64,000 nucleotides of DNA from an uncultured Gemmatimonadales bacterium (GTDB lineage: Bacteria; Gemmatimonadota; Gemmatimonadetes; Longimicrobiales; RSA9): the NCBI GenBank assembly GCA_963741945.1, contig CAVUKA010000005.1:32001-96000 (forward strand). The letters are read 5' to 3'. This document shows, piece after piece, positions 27,943-37,444 of the stretch. Below the pieces are notes generated by a model. That model ran no database searches and was not told the DNA's origin. It saw nothing but the letters and a program-made list of their open reading frames with translations. The stretch's first letter is position 1. Each line of letters opens with the position of its first letter. A program made the translations under genes and the position numbers.

Positions 27943-28443
27943 TCAGTCGACCGGTCGCTCGCTCAGGTAGGCGGCAAGCACCGGCTCGTTCGGGGATGCG
28001 CCGAACACCACGTCCGCCGCCAGCACGGCCACGCGCGTGGCCTCGCCGATGTCCGCCCCGCAGTCCACGAGCAGGAACTCCTCCACGGCGCCCGGCGACC
28101 CGGGGGGGACGGTCACGGCTTCGAACCCCCGCTCATCCAGCCGATGCTTCAGCTTCGGGTAGACGCTCCCCGTCCACGGGGCGAGCGGAAACGCGAACCG
28201 GAGCCCGCTCGTCCGGCGCTCCTCGTAGCGGGCGAACTGCACGAACCCATCACCTTCCGATCGACCCCGGCGGATCGTGAGCACGCTGCCGCGCGCGTCC
28301 CCGCGCAGCAGGCGGTCGAGGTGCCGCTCCAGTCCGGTCGGGCTCACACCCTCCCATAGATCGGCACCGGTGTGGGCCGTCCGCGACCACACCACACCCG
28401 CTCCGGCCATCAGCGCCAGCGCAACGACCAGCAGCCACGACAT
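27943..28443 (-). CDS. Hypothetical protein with N-terminal TM/signal
   Basis: MSWLLVVALALM, FVQFARY, RBS GGAGG/GAGG. Confidence 0.65.
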   Translation of the reverse strand: MSWLLVVALALMAGAGVVWSRTAHTGADLWEGVSPTGLERHLDRLLRGDARGSVLTIRRGRSEGDGFVQFARYEERRTSGLRFAFPLAPWTGSVYPKLKHRLDERGFEAVTVPPGSPGAVEEFLLVDCGADIGEATRVAVLAADVVFGASPNEPVLAAYLSERPVD

Positions 28444-28704
28444 CCTCGCCCCACCTCCAGGCTGTGACACCATGCCCCCGGAGTGGCGCCGATACCCGCC
28501 ACACCGCGGCCGCCGCCCGCCCGCCCGGGAGGCGGTGTAGCGGCGCTCATCGAAAAGGTGCGGTTAAAGGCAGCCGCGCGCATGGGCGAAAACTACCCAC
28601 ACGCGCCGCGCGGTCGGCCCGGGCGGAGCGGCTGGCCACCGGCGGATGAGCCGCGTAGGTTGCCGCCGCAGGAATCCCCAGCACCCCTGCCGGAGAGCGT
28701 CGTG

Positions 28705-29817
28705 ATGCAGCCGTTCGAGATGGAACGATGGCAGTCCCACCACGAGAATGAAGTGCGCTGGAACCTCAGCGAGAGCGGCGTACATCCGCTCGCTCTGGGG
28801 GAGCTGCTCGCGCTGGCGGGGGAGACCGAGGCAGCGCTTGAGACTCCCCTCGGGTACGGTCACTCGAACGGCACGCCGGCGCTGCGAGAGCGGATCGCTG
28901 CGCTGTACCCCGGGGCATCCGCCTCGCAGGTAGTGGTCACGAATGGCAGCGCGGAAGCGAATTTCGTGGTGGCGTGGCGGCTGGTCGAGCCAGGCGACGA
29001 CGTGGCCGTGCTTACGCCGACGTACATGCAGCTCCCCGGGCTGGCCGCGTCGCTCGGCGCCCGCGTCCGCGCCATCCCGCTCCGGGAGGAGAACGGCTGG
29101 CAGCCGGACCCGGCCGACCTGCTGGAGGACGTGGGACCGGGCACGCGCCTGGTGGTGGTGACGAACCCGCAGAACCCCACGGGCGTGACCCTGAGCGACG
29201 AATCGCTGCATGCCATTCTCGAGGCGGCGGAGCGGGTCGGGGCCTGGGTCCTCGCCGACGAAGTCTACGCCGGAGCGGAGCCCGAGGGCCCCGCCACCCC
29301 CACGCTCTTCGGGCGGTATCCGCGCGTCATCGCCACCGGCTCCCTCTCCAAGGCCTATGGCCTCGCCGGCCTCCGCATCGGCTGGATCGTCACACCCCCC
29401 CAGCTCACCGAGGACCTCTGGGCGAGGAAGGACTACACCACCATCTCCACCGGCCCCCTCACCGACACCCTCGCCGCCCTCGCGCTCCGCGACGACGTGC
29501 GGCCGAAGATCATCGCCCGCGCCCGACAGATCGTCCGCGAGCACCGCGAGATCGTTCGCGCCTGGGCCGACGACTCCGGGATCTTCCACTTCGGCCGCCA
29601 CGATGCCGGCGCCGTCTGCCTCCCCGCATACGATCTCCCCCTGGACTCCATGGAGCTCGCGGAGCGACTGCGCGTGGATGAGGACGTGCTGCTCGTGCCC
29701 GGCGCCCACTTCGGGTTAGGCAAGTACGTCCGCATCGGCTTCGGCATCGAGCGAACGCCGCTGGAAGAGGCGCTCCAGCGGGTCACGGCCTTCGCCCGCA
29801 CGACCCGCGGGGCGTAA
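28705..29817 (+). CDS. Class I/II PLP aminotransferase
   Basis: FEMERW, NLSESG, NPQNPTG, DEVY, SLSKAYGLAGLRIGW. Confidence 0.92.
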   Translation: MQPFEMERWQSHHENEVRWNLSESGVHPLALGELLALAGETEAALETPLGYGHSNGTPALRERIAALYPGASASQVVVTNGSAEANFVVAWRLVEPGDDVAVLTPTYMQLPGLAASLGARVRAIPLREENGWQPDPADLLEDVGPGTRLVVVTNPQNPTGVTLSDESLHAILEAAERVGAWVLADEVYAGAEPEGPATPTLFGRYPRVIATGSLSKAYGLAGLRIGWIVTPPQLTEDLWARKDYTTISTGPLTDTLAALALRDDVRPKIIARARQIVREHREIVRAWADDSGIFHFGRHDAGAVCLPAYDLPLDSMELAERLRVDEDVLLVPGAHFGLGKYVRIGFGIERTPLEEALQRVTAFARTTRGA

Positions 29818-29894
29818 GGCGGTCGGCGCCACGTGGCGGCACCGCGAGGCGCGTCAGCGCCCTGCGGACGGGCCCGTGGTGCCGCGGCCCCCGG

Positions 29895-29910
29895 CGGCAC
29901 ACATACTGCA
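29895..29910 (+). promoter_or_regulatory. sigma54 promoter
   Basis: CGGCACACATACTGCA (GG-N10-GC), 50 nt upstream of the response regulator ATG 29961. Confidence 0.55.
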
Positions 29911-29960
29911 CCAATCACGGGATGGAAACCACGGCGCATCAACCACTCCGGCACAACCGA

Positions 29961-30332
29961 ATGGCGAGAATCCTGGTCGTCGAAGACAACGCCGACCTGC
30001 TTACCATCCTGCGGGATCTGCTGGCGGCGGACCACGAGGTGGTGACGGCCCGGCGGGGCGAGGAAGCCATTGATTGCGCCCGCGAGGCCAAGCCCGACAT
30101 CGTCATCATGGACCTCCAGCTCCCGTCCATGAGCGGCATCGAGGCCGGCCGCTGGATCAAGCAGGAAATCGCCGACGTCCCCATCCTCGCCCTCACCGCC
30201 CTCGCGCAGAGCGGCGACTCCGACATGGTCCTGCGCTCCGGCTGCTGCGACGCCTACATGGCCAAGCCCGCCTCCCTCGCCGACATCCGGCGCAAGGTGG
30301 AGGAGCTGCTGCAGGACCGCGACGCGGCCTGA
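29961..30332 (+). CDS. Single-domain response regulator (DivK-like)
   Basis: ILVVEDN, MDLQLP, ALTA, GCCDAYMAKP. Confidence 0.92.
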   Translation: MARILVVEDNADLLTILRDLLAADHEVVTARRGEEAIDCAREAKPDIVIMDLQLPSMSGIEAGRWIKQEIADVPILALTALAQSGDSDMVLRSGCCDAYMAKPASLADIRRKVEELLQDRDAA

Positions 30333-30414
30333 CGCGCCGGCGCGGACGCTCGGGCGCGCGCCCTCCGCGCACAGGGAACTGTTCAGGTCGTAGCCCGGCG
30401 CGTAGCTTGGTGAA

Positions 30415-30714
30415 ATGAACAGGAACGCAGCAATCCTCGTCATCACCGGGCTGGCGGCCGGCTGCGCGTCCGCCCCGCCGGTCACGGCGGACTTGCTTCC
30501 TCCGTGCGCGACCCACCGGGCCGAAGGCTGGCGCCAGGTTTCGGGGAGAGGGGTGGTGGTGTGCGTGCCCGGGACGTGGTCGTCGGGCGGCGCCGCGAGC
30601 TGGCGGGGCGAATCGTTCTTCATGACGGGGGACGCCCTGAGCCGGCGCGTGGCGGAGCTCCAGTTGGACATCTACCGGACGGCCCGCCTCATGGAAGCGG
30701 ACGGAGGCGGATAG
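30415..30714 (+). CDS. Small putative lipoprotein (99 aa)
   Basis: MNRNAAILVITGLAAGC lipobox, TAGCTT-6 nt-ATG upstream. Confidence 0.6.
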   Translation: MNRNAAILVITGLAAGCASAPPVTADLLPPCATHRAEGWRQVSGRGVVVCVPGTWSSGGAASWRGESFFMTGDALSRRVAELQLDIYRTARLMEADGGG

Positions 30715-30870
30715 CCGCCCCTCGGGCGGTTCAGCCGCGGCCACCGCCACCGTGAGCCGCTGAGGCGGAGCCTGCGTCGGGGTCGAGGCGTTCGCTTGAC
30801 CCGTCCTCGCCCGCTCCCGACATTGCCCTCCTTGCCCGTACCCACCATCCACGAAGACAGGATCGAAACC

Positions 30871-32529
30871 ATGCGAAGCAGGGCATTGCTCGCGGGCGCG
30901 GCTGCAGCGGCCGTGCTCGGGACGGGAGCGCCCGGTGCCGTCAGCGCGCAGTACACTGACGTGCCAGCGCCCGCCGCGTACGCGCTGCGCGGTGTGACCG
31001 TGGTAGGGCCGGACGGAGCGAGCCGGGAGGGAGTGACGGTGGTGGTCCGCGGCGCGTTCATCGAAGCGCTGGGGCCGGCGGCGGCGGTGCCGGCGGACGC
31101 CCGTGTGCTGGAGGGCGACTCGCTCTTCCTGTACCCGGGACTGGTGGACGGGGACGGCAAGGCCGGCTACGACATTCCTCGCCCGGACGTGAATCGCAGT
31201 CAACTCGAGATGTGGAACGCGCCGCGGGAAGTGCGGGGCTTCACGCCCGCCCGTCGGCTGGTCTCGTACCTGACCGCTACCGGCGACGACGGCGCCGACG
31301 CGAGGCGGCAGGGGATCGTCGCCGCGGCGGTCCACCCCTCCGGCCCGCTCATGCCGGGTCGCGGCGCGCTGGTCCTGTACCGCGTGGACGCGGAGACGCC
31401 GGACGCGCTGGTGGTGCGCCCGGCGCTCGGCCCCACGTTCGAGCTTCGCGGCGCGCCCGGCGTGTACCCGGGAACGCTGTTCGGCGTGATGGCCACGTTC
31501 CGGCAGTCGTTCGAGGACGCGCGCCACCAGCGCGCGGTCCTGGTGGCCCGGGAGAAGGACCCGCGCGGGCTCACGCTCCCCGCGTACGACCCCGACGAGG
31601 CGGTGCTGGGCGACGTGCTGTCGGGCGACCTTCCCGTGTTCGCGAAAGCGGATGCCGCCGACGACATCCTGCGCGTGCTGGAGCTGTCGGACGAGTACGG
31701 GCTCAAGCCGATCATCGTGGGGGGCGGCGAGGCGTGGAAGGTGGCCGACGCGCTGAAGCGGCGGGGCGTGCCGGTCCTCGTGTCGGTGGACTTCCAGAAG
31801 CCGCGACGCTGGAAGCCGGAGAGCGACACCGGCTCCGTGGCGCTGGACGCGGCCGCGGAGCGGGAGCGTGATGACCTCGTGGCCCGCTACGCCAATGCCG
31901 GGCGGCTGGCCGCGGCCGGTGTCACGTTCGCGCTCACGAGCGGGGGGACGGGCAAGATCCTGGACGGCGTCCGGAAGGCCGTCGAGAACGGGCTCCCGGA
32001 GGACGCCGCGCTGGCGGCGCTCACGACCACGCCCGCCACGCTGCTGGGCGTGCCGGAGCTGGCCCGGGTCGAGCCGCGGCTGCCCGCCACGTTCATCGTG
32101 TCGCGGGGGCCGCTCTTCTCCGACAAGGGCCACGTGACCTACACGTTCGTCGAGGGTCGGCTGCAGGAGGCCGGCGGCGGCGAGGCGAAGGCGGGATCGG
32201 CCGAGGAGGCGGTGGACTTCGGAGGCGAGTGGGCGATGAGCATCGACGCCCAGGGCCAGAAATTGGAGGCCACACTGGAGATCGTGCAGGATGGCGCCAC
32301 GTTCACGGGCACCATGACGCTCATGGACCAGAAGCTCCCGATCCGGGATGGCACGATCGACGGCGATCGGATTTCCGGCGTCGCGGTCATGGACCAGGGG
32401 GGCCAGACGCTGGAAGTGAAGATCACGGGGACCGTGGAAGGCGACGAAGCGACGGGCGAGGCGGACGCGGGGCCGATGGGGCTGGCCCAGTGGACGGCGA
32501 AGCGCGCGGGACCGGGAGGTGCGCGATGA
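30871..32529 (+). CDS. Secreted amidohydrolase-fold protein (metal His absent) with C-terminal beta domain
   Basis: Signal peptide, YPGLVDGD in place of PG.ID.HxH, ALAALTTTPA, C-terminal FGGEW..FTG domain. Confidence 0.85.
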   Translation: MRSRALLAGAAAAAVLGTGAPGAVSAQYTDVPAPAAYALRGVTVVGPDGASREGVTVVVRGAFIEALGPAAAVPADARVLEGDSLFLYPGLVDGDGKAGYDIPRPDVNRSQLEMWNAPREVRGFTPARRLVSYLTATGDDGADARRQGIVAAAVHPSGPLMPGRGALVLYRVDAETPDALVVRPALGPTFELRGAPGVYPGTLFGVMATFRQSFEDARHQRAVLVAREKDPRGLTLPAYDPDEAVLGDVLSGDLPVFAKADAADDILRVLELSDEYGLKPIIVGGGEAWKVADALKRRGVPVLVSVDFQKPRRWKPESDTGSVALDAAAERERDDLVARYANAGRLAAAGVTFALTSGGTGKILDGVRKAVENGLPEDAALAALTTTPATLLGVPELARVEPRLPATFIVSRGPLFSDKGHVTYTFVEGRLQEAGGGEAKAGSAEEAVDFGGEWAMSIDAQGQKLEATLEIVQDGATFTGTMTLMDQKLPIRDGTIDGDRISGVAVMDQGGQTLEVKITGTVEGDEATGEADAGPMGLAQWTAKRAGPGGAR

Positions 32530-35408
32530 TCAGCGTGATGCGGACGACGAGCGGGACAGCGGGAGCGCGCGGCCACGGCCGCGTCACCGGCATGCGGTGG
32601 CTGCGCCGGGCGCTGCGCCCGGTGGCGGGACTGGTGATCGCCGCCGGGATCGCCGCCGCGGGCGCACCGCGGCTGGCCGCGCAGGCAGGGGCGGCCGCGA
32701 GCCCGGGGGCGGGGGCGTCGCCTGCCGCGGCAGCGCCGACGGCCGTCACGCCCACGGTCCTGACGCACCCGGACTACAAGGTCCAGATGGCGGTGGGCGC
32801 GGTGGACGTGCCGCGCGGCTCGATGCTGATCCGTGACATCGACAGCGTGTGGACGGCCGCGGGGACGGTGCTCGCCCACGCGGACATCCTGATCCGGGAT
32901 GGGGTGATCCGGGACATCGGATCCGGGCTCCCGGCGCCCGCCGGCGTGAAGGTGGTGGACGGGCGGGGCTACACGGCCATGCCGGGCTTCGTGGACCCCC
33001 ATTCCCACATCGCCATGGTCACGAGCAACGAGTGCACGTCGCCGGTGGTCCCGGAGGTGCGGGTGATCGACCAGCTCGATCCGGACGACTTCGGGATCTT
33101 CCGGGCCCTGACGGGCGGGGTCACCACGGCGCACGTGATGCACGGCAGCTGCAACCCGATCGGGGGGCAGAGCGCCATCATCAAGCCGCGCTGGGGGCTG
33201 AAGGACCCCGCGCAGTTCATGCTCCAGGGCGCGCCGCAGATCGTGAAGTTCGCGCTGGGTGAGAACGTGACGCGGAAGGGGTGGGCCGGCGAAGGCGTGC
33301 GGCGCTACCCGTGGTCGCGCCAGGGCGTGGAAGCGATCTACGTCCAGGCGTTCGATGCGGCGCGGGCGTACCAGGCGGAGTGGGACCGCTACCGCCGCGA
33401 CCCGAAGTCCTTCCGGGTTCCGCCGCGTCGCGACCTGCGGCTGGAAGCGCTGTCGGAGATCCTGCAGGGGAAGATCCGGGTCCAGGCGCACGCGTACCGG
33501 GCGGACGAGATCCTGATGCTCATGAACGTGGCGGAGCGATTCGGCTTCACGATCGACGGCTTCGTGCACGTACTCGAGGGATACAAGGTGGCGGACGAGA
33601 TGGCGGCGCACGGCGCGTACGCCACCACGTTCAGCGACTGGTGGCACTACAAGCTGGAAGCCATCGACGCCATCCCGTACAACGCCGCGATCCTGTGGAA
33701 CCATGGCGTGCACACGAGCCTGCATTCCGACAGCGAGGAGCTCCAGTCGCTGGCCATCTACGAGATCCAGAAGCCGGTGAAGTACGGCGGCGTGCCGAAG
33801 GAGGAGGCGCTCCGCATGTACACGCTGTACCCTGCACAGCAGCTCATGATCGCCGACAAGGTGGGCTCGCTGGAGAAGGGGAAGCAGGGGGACGTGGTCC
33901 TGCTGGACGGCGATCCGTTCGACAGCCACACGAGCGTGCGGATGACCATCATGGATGGACGCGTCTACTGGGACGCGGCGCACGAGGCCGACTACCGGCA
34001 CTTCCCCATGCGTCCGCTGCCCGTTCCCACCCGCGCGGCCGCGGCCGCGCAGCCGGTGCCGTGGGCGGCCACGAGGAAGCTCGTGGACGACGAGGCGCTG
34101 GCGGGGGGCGCCGCCCGGGCTGATGTCGCCGCGGCCCGCGAGGCCGGGGCCGACCATGGCCCATCCAGCGGCGTCGGCGAGTCCGCCGCCGCGTCCGGGT
34201 CGTTCGCGCTGGTGGGCGCCACCGTGCACACGGGCGACGGCCGGACCATCGAGAACGGCGTGGTGGTGGTCCGCGACGGCCGCATCGCCGCCGTCGGCCC
34301 CGCCGGCGAAGTGGAGGTGCCCGCGGGCGCGGAGCGCATCGACGTCGCAGGCAAGGAGCTGTTCCCCGGGCTCATCGACCTGGACACGGAGCTGGGGCTG
34401 CAGTCGATCGGGTCCGTGCCGACGGCCACGGACCAGCGCGAAGTGGGGAAGTTCAACCCGCACCTCCGGGCCATGGTGGGGATGCAGCCGCATTCCACCA
34501 CGTTCGGCGTGGCGCGGGCCAACGGCGTCACCACGGCTGTGACGCACATGTCCGGGAGCATCATCCCCGGCGCCGGGTCGCTGATCCAGCTGAAGGGAGA
34601 CACCCCGACGCGCATGTCGATCCTCGACCGGGCCGCCCTGTTCGTGGAGTTTCCACGCCCTGAAGGCGAGGAGTGGGACGAGCCGAAGCTGGAGGGCGAC
34701 GACCTCGAAGCGCTCGTCGCGCTGTTCGAGCGCGCGGAGCTGTTCGCGGAGGAGCCGACCACCGCCGAGGCGGCCGACCGCCCGTTCGAAGCCCAGGTCC
34801 ATGGCGGCGACCGCGCCATGCTCGAAGCCCTCGTGCCCGTGGTGCGCGGCGAGATGCCGGTCATCTTCGAGGCTTCACGCGAGCGGGAGATCCGTTCGCT
34901 GCTCCTCTTCCTGGACAGGTTCCCGGACGTTCGCGCGGCCATTCTGGGCGGCGATGGCGCCCATCACGTGGCCGGGGAGCTGGCTGAACGACGGATCCCC
35001 GTGATCCTCACGTCCGGGAACGGTGTCACGCGCGACCGGGACGAGTCCTACGCCGCCGCGTGGGCGAACGCGGCCGTGCTGAACGACGCGGGCGTCCCCG
35101 TGGCGGTGGCCACGGGCGGCGTGGACGCCGTACGCAATCTGCCGTACTTCGCCGCGCGGCACTGGGCGTACGGGCTGCCGCACGATGTGGCGCTGCGGGC
35201 CATCACGTCGACGCCGGCCGAAATCCTGGGGCTGGGTGGCGAGATCGGGAGCATCGCGCCCGGGAGGCGGGCGGACCTGGTCCTCACCGACGGCGACATC
35301 CTGGAAATCACCACCGACATCGAGCGGATGTGGGTCGGCGGCGAGGAAGTGGATCCCAGGGACAACCGGCAGTACGAACTCTACCAGTCGTTCCTGAACC
35401 GGCACTGA
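32526..35408 (+). CDS. Secreted tandem double amidohydrolase
   Basis: Domain 1: MPGFVDPHSH, KFALGEN, HAY, HVLEG, HSD, GSLEKGK.D. Domain 2: PGLIDLD (no HxH), GSIAPGRRAD. Confidence 0.9.
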   Translation: MISVMRTTSGTAGARGHGRVTGMRWLRRALRPVAGLVIAAGIAAAGAPRLAAQAGAAASPGAGASPAAAAPTAVTPTVLTHPDYKVQMAVGAVDVPRGSMLIRDIDSVWTAAGTVLAHADILIRDGVIRDIGSGLPAPAGVKVVDGRGYTAMPGFVDPHSHIAMVTSNECTSPVVPEVRVIDQLDPDDFGIFRALTGGVTTAHVMHGSCNPIGGQSAIIKPRWGLKDPAQFMLQGAPQIVKFALGENVTRKGWAGEGVRRYPWSRQGVEAIYVQAFDAARAYQAEWDRYRRDPKSFRVPPRRDLRLEALSEILQGKIRVQAHAYRADEILMLMNVAERFGFTIDGFVHVLEGYKVADEMAAHGAYATTFSDWWHYKLEAIDAIPYNAAILWNHGVHTSLHSDSEELQSLAIYEIQKPVKYGGVPKEEALRMYTLYPAQQLMIADKVGSLEKGKQGDVVLLDGDPFDSHTSVRMTIMDGRVYWDAAHEADYRHFPMRPLPVPTRAAAAAQPVPWAATRKLVDDEALAGGAARADVAAAREAGADHGPSSGVGESAAASGSFALVGATVHTGDGRTIENGVVVVRDGRIAAVGPAGEVEVPAGAERIDVAGKELFPGLIDLDTELGLQSIGSVPTATDQREVGKFNPHLRAMVGMQPHSTTFGVARANGVTTAVTHMSGSIIPGAGSLIQLKGDTPTRMSILDRAALFVEFPRPEGEEWDEPKLEGDDLEALVALFERAELFAEEPTTAEAADRPFEAQVHGGDRAMLEALVPVVRGEMPVIFEASREREIRSLLLFLDRFPDVRAAILGGDGAHHVAGELAERRIPVILTSGNGVTRDRDESYAAAWANAAVLNDAGVPVAVATGGVDAVRNLPYFAARHWAYGLPHDVALRAITSTPAEILGLGGEIGSIAPGRRADLVLTDGDILEITTDIERMWVGGEEVDPRDNRQYELYQSFLNRH

Positions 35409-35414
35409 GCAGGG

Positions 35415-35447
35415 TGGAGGCGCCGGGCTTCCCGCCCGGCGCCTCCA
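35415..35447. terminator. Hairpin between convergent genes
   Basis: TGGAGGCGCCGGGC-TTCCC-GCCCGGCGCCTCCA, 14-bp stem. Confidence 0.7.
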
Positions 35448-35456
35448 TCTCCGGGG

Positions 35457-37367
35457 CTAGGATCCCGCGCGTTTCCCGACCGAAAGCCGGTCGGGGCCGG
35501 ACGGGAGCTGATCCGCGGGCACGGGGCGGCCGGTGAGGTGGCCCTGGATGAAGTCGCAGCCAGCGCGCTGGAGCCATTGCAGCTGCGTTTCCGATTCCAC
35601 GCCCTTGGCCACCACGGCGGCATCGAGGCCGTGGGCCAGGGCGATCGTCGCTTCCACCACCCGCTCGTCGGCGGCGTCGGTGCCGATCCCCCGGATGAAG
35701 TCCTGGTGCAGCTTCAGGATATCGATCGGGAGCCGCCTCAGCTGCGCCAGCGAAGTGGCCCAGGTGCCATAATCGTCCAGGGCAATGGCCGCGCCCGTGT
35801 TCTTGAGCGCCCACACCAGGTCGGCAGCTTCGCCGGGATCCGGACCGAAAGCGCCGTCGGGCAGCTCCAGCACGAGCGTGCCCGGCTCCAGCCCCGCGTC
35901 CTCGATCGTACGGCGGATGAACTCGGGGAGACCGGGGTCCGCGAGCGAGTGCGGGGACAGGTTCACCGCCACCCACCCGGGGAGGTGTCCGGCGCCCTCG
36001 CCCCGCCGCTGCTCGGCCGCGCTGGCGATCGCCCAGCGGTCCAGCGCGCGCACCAGGCCGGAGCGCTCGGCCAGGCGGATGAACTGGCTGGCATTGACCA
36101 GCCCGCGCGTGAAGTGGCGCCAGCGGGACAGCGCTTCCGCGCCCACGCGCTCGCCGGTCGCGATGCGGAACACCGGCTGGAAGTGGAGCTGGAACTCGTG
36201 GTGCTCGAGGCCCCAGCGCATGTCCTGCTCCATGCGCAGCTCGACCTCCACCCGGTCGCGGAGCTCCGGCCGGTAGAACTGGATGCCCAGCCCGCCCGTC
36301 TTCGCCCGGTACATGGCCAGATCCGCGCATTTGAGCAGGTCCGCCAGCTCCGCGCCGTCCTCCGGAAACAATGCGACGCCGATGCTCGCGGTCACGGGCA
36401 CATCGTGCCCCTCCGCCACCGCGCGCTCCGGGAGCCCGTCCAGGATCCGATGGGCCACCCGGCCAGCCGCGTCCTCGTCGCGCACGTCCGCGAGAAGGAT
36501 CGCGAACTCGTCCCCGCCCATGCGGCCCACGAGGTCGGTCTCGCGCAGGACCCGCCGCAGCAGCCCGGCCACGTCCTTCAGCAGCGCGTCGCCAGCTTCG
36601 TGTCCCAGGAGATCGTTCACCTCCTTGAAATGATCGAGGTCCAGGTACAGCACGGCCGCGAGGCGCTCCTGCCGGCGGGACAGGGAGAGGGTGGCGGCCC
36701 CGCGCTCGAAAAAGAAGCGGCGGTTCGCCAGCCCCGTCAGCGCGTCGTAGTACGCCAGGTGCTGGATCTCGCCCTCGAGCGTCCGTTCGGGGGTGAAGCC
36801 CCGCAGCGTCACCAGCACACCGCCCACCACCGGGTCGTCGGACAGGTTCCGGGCGCGCACGTCCAGGCGAGTCTCGCCGCCTTCCGGGCGGGCGATGGTC
36901 ACCTCCAGCCGTACGCTGGCACCGGGCTGCCTGCGCACTTTCGCGAACTCCTGCAGCACCCTGCGCCGATCGCCGGGCGGGACCAGGTCGAGCAGTCCCC
37001 CGTTCTCCACCAGCCCGTCCAGGTCCGCGCCGACCACCTGCCCGAGATTCGGGCCGGTGAACAGGAGCTCACCCCGAAGCCCCACGACCATCTGCGCTTC
37101 CCGGCTCTCTTCCAGGAGGCGGCCCCGGAGGTCGGCGAGCGTGCCCTCGCGCCGGCTCGCGGCTTCCGACGCCCGGAGCTCGCGCCGGTAGAGGAGCCAG
37201 AGCACGGCGAGGCCGCCCACCCAGACCAGGGCGGCGACGGCGGCGGTCAGGATCGAGCCATTCAGGGCGAGCGTCGGCACGAAATAGAGGAGCGTGCCGG
37301 CGAGGAGCACCCCGAAGAGCGCGTCGACCGCTGGGCTGGAGCGGCGGCCGGGGTCGGGTGGTGACAT
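35457..37367 (-). CDS. 2TM-PAS-GGDEF-EAL protein
   Basis: Two TM helices, PAS-like region, DALTGLANR, RETD I-site, GGDEF, EAL domain. Confidence 0.93.
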   Translation of the reverse strand: MSPPDPGRRSSPAVDALFGVLLAGTLLYFVPTLALNGSILTAAVAALVWVGGLAVLWLLYRRELRASEAASRREGTLADLRGRLLEESREAQMVVGLRGELLFTGPNLGQVVGADLDGLVENGGLLDLVPPGDRRRVLQEFAKVRRQPGASVRLEVTIARPEGGETRLDVRARNLSDDPVVGGVLVTLRGFTPERTLEGEIQHLAYYDALTGLANRRFFFERGAATLSLSRRQERLAAVLYLDLDHFKEVNDLLGHEAGDALLKDVAGLLRRVLRETDLVGRMGGDEFAILLADVRDEDAAGRVAHRILDGLPERAVAEGHDVPVTASIGVALFPEDGAELADLLKCADLAMYRAKTGGLGIQFYRPELRDRVEVELRMEQDMRWGLEHHEFQLHFQPVFRIATGERVGAEALSRWRHFTRGLVNASQFIRLAERSGLVRALDRWAIASAAEQRRGEGAGHLPGWVAVNLSPHSLADPGLPEFIRRTIEDAGLEPGTLVLELPDGAFGPDPGEAADLVWALKNTGAAIALDDYGTWATSLAQLRRLPIDILKLHQDFIRGIGTDAADERVVEATIALAHGLDAAVVAKGVESETQLQWLQRAGCDFIQGHLTGRPVPADQLPSGPDRLSVGKRAGS

Positions 37368-37444
37368 CAGCGCAATATGCCGGTGCGGGTGGCGCCCCGG
37401 CAAGAAAAGCTTCTCGCCCGTGGTGTCCGGGCCCGCGTCGCCGG

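Noticed and set aside
28535-28660. Possible ncRNA closed by GCTCATC/GATGAGC between divergent genes
   Set aside because: Short stems expected at this GC content. No SRP, 6S or riboswitch signature recognised, and the region is more likely promoter DNA.
30396-30411. sigma54-like CGGCGCGTAGCTTGG
   Set aside because: The -12 element is GG rather than GC and is too close to the ATG. Better explained as a leaderless -10 (TAGCTT).
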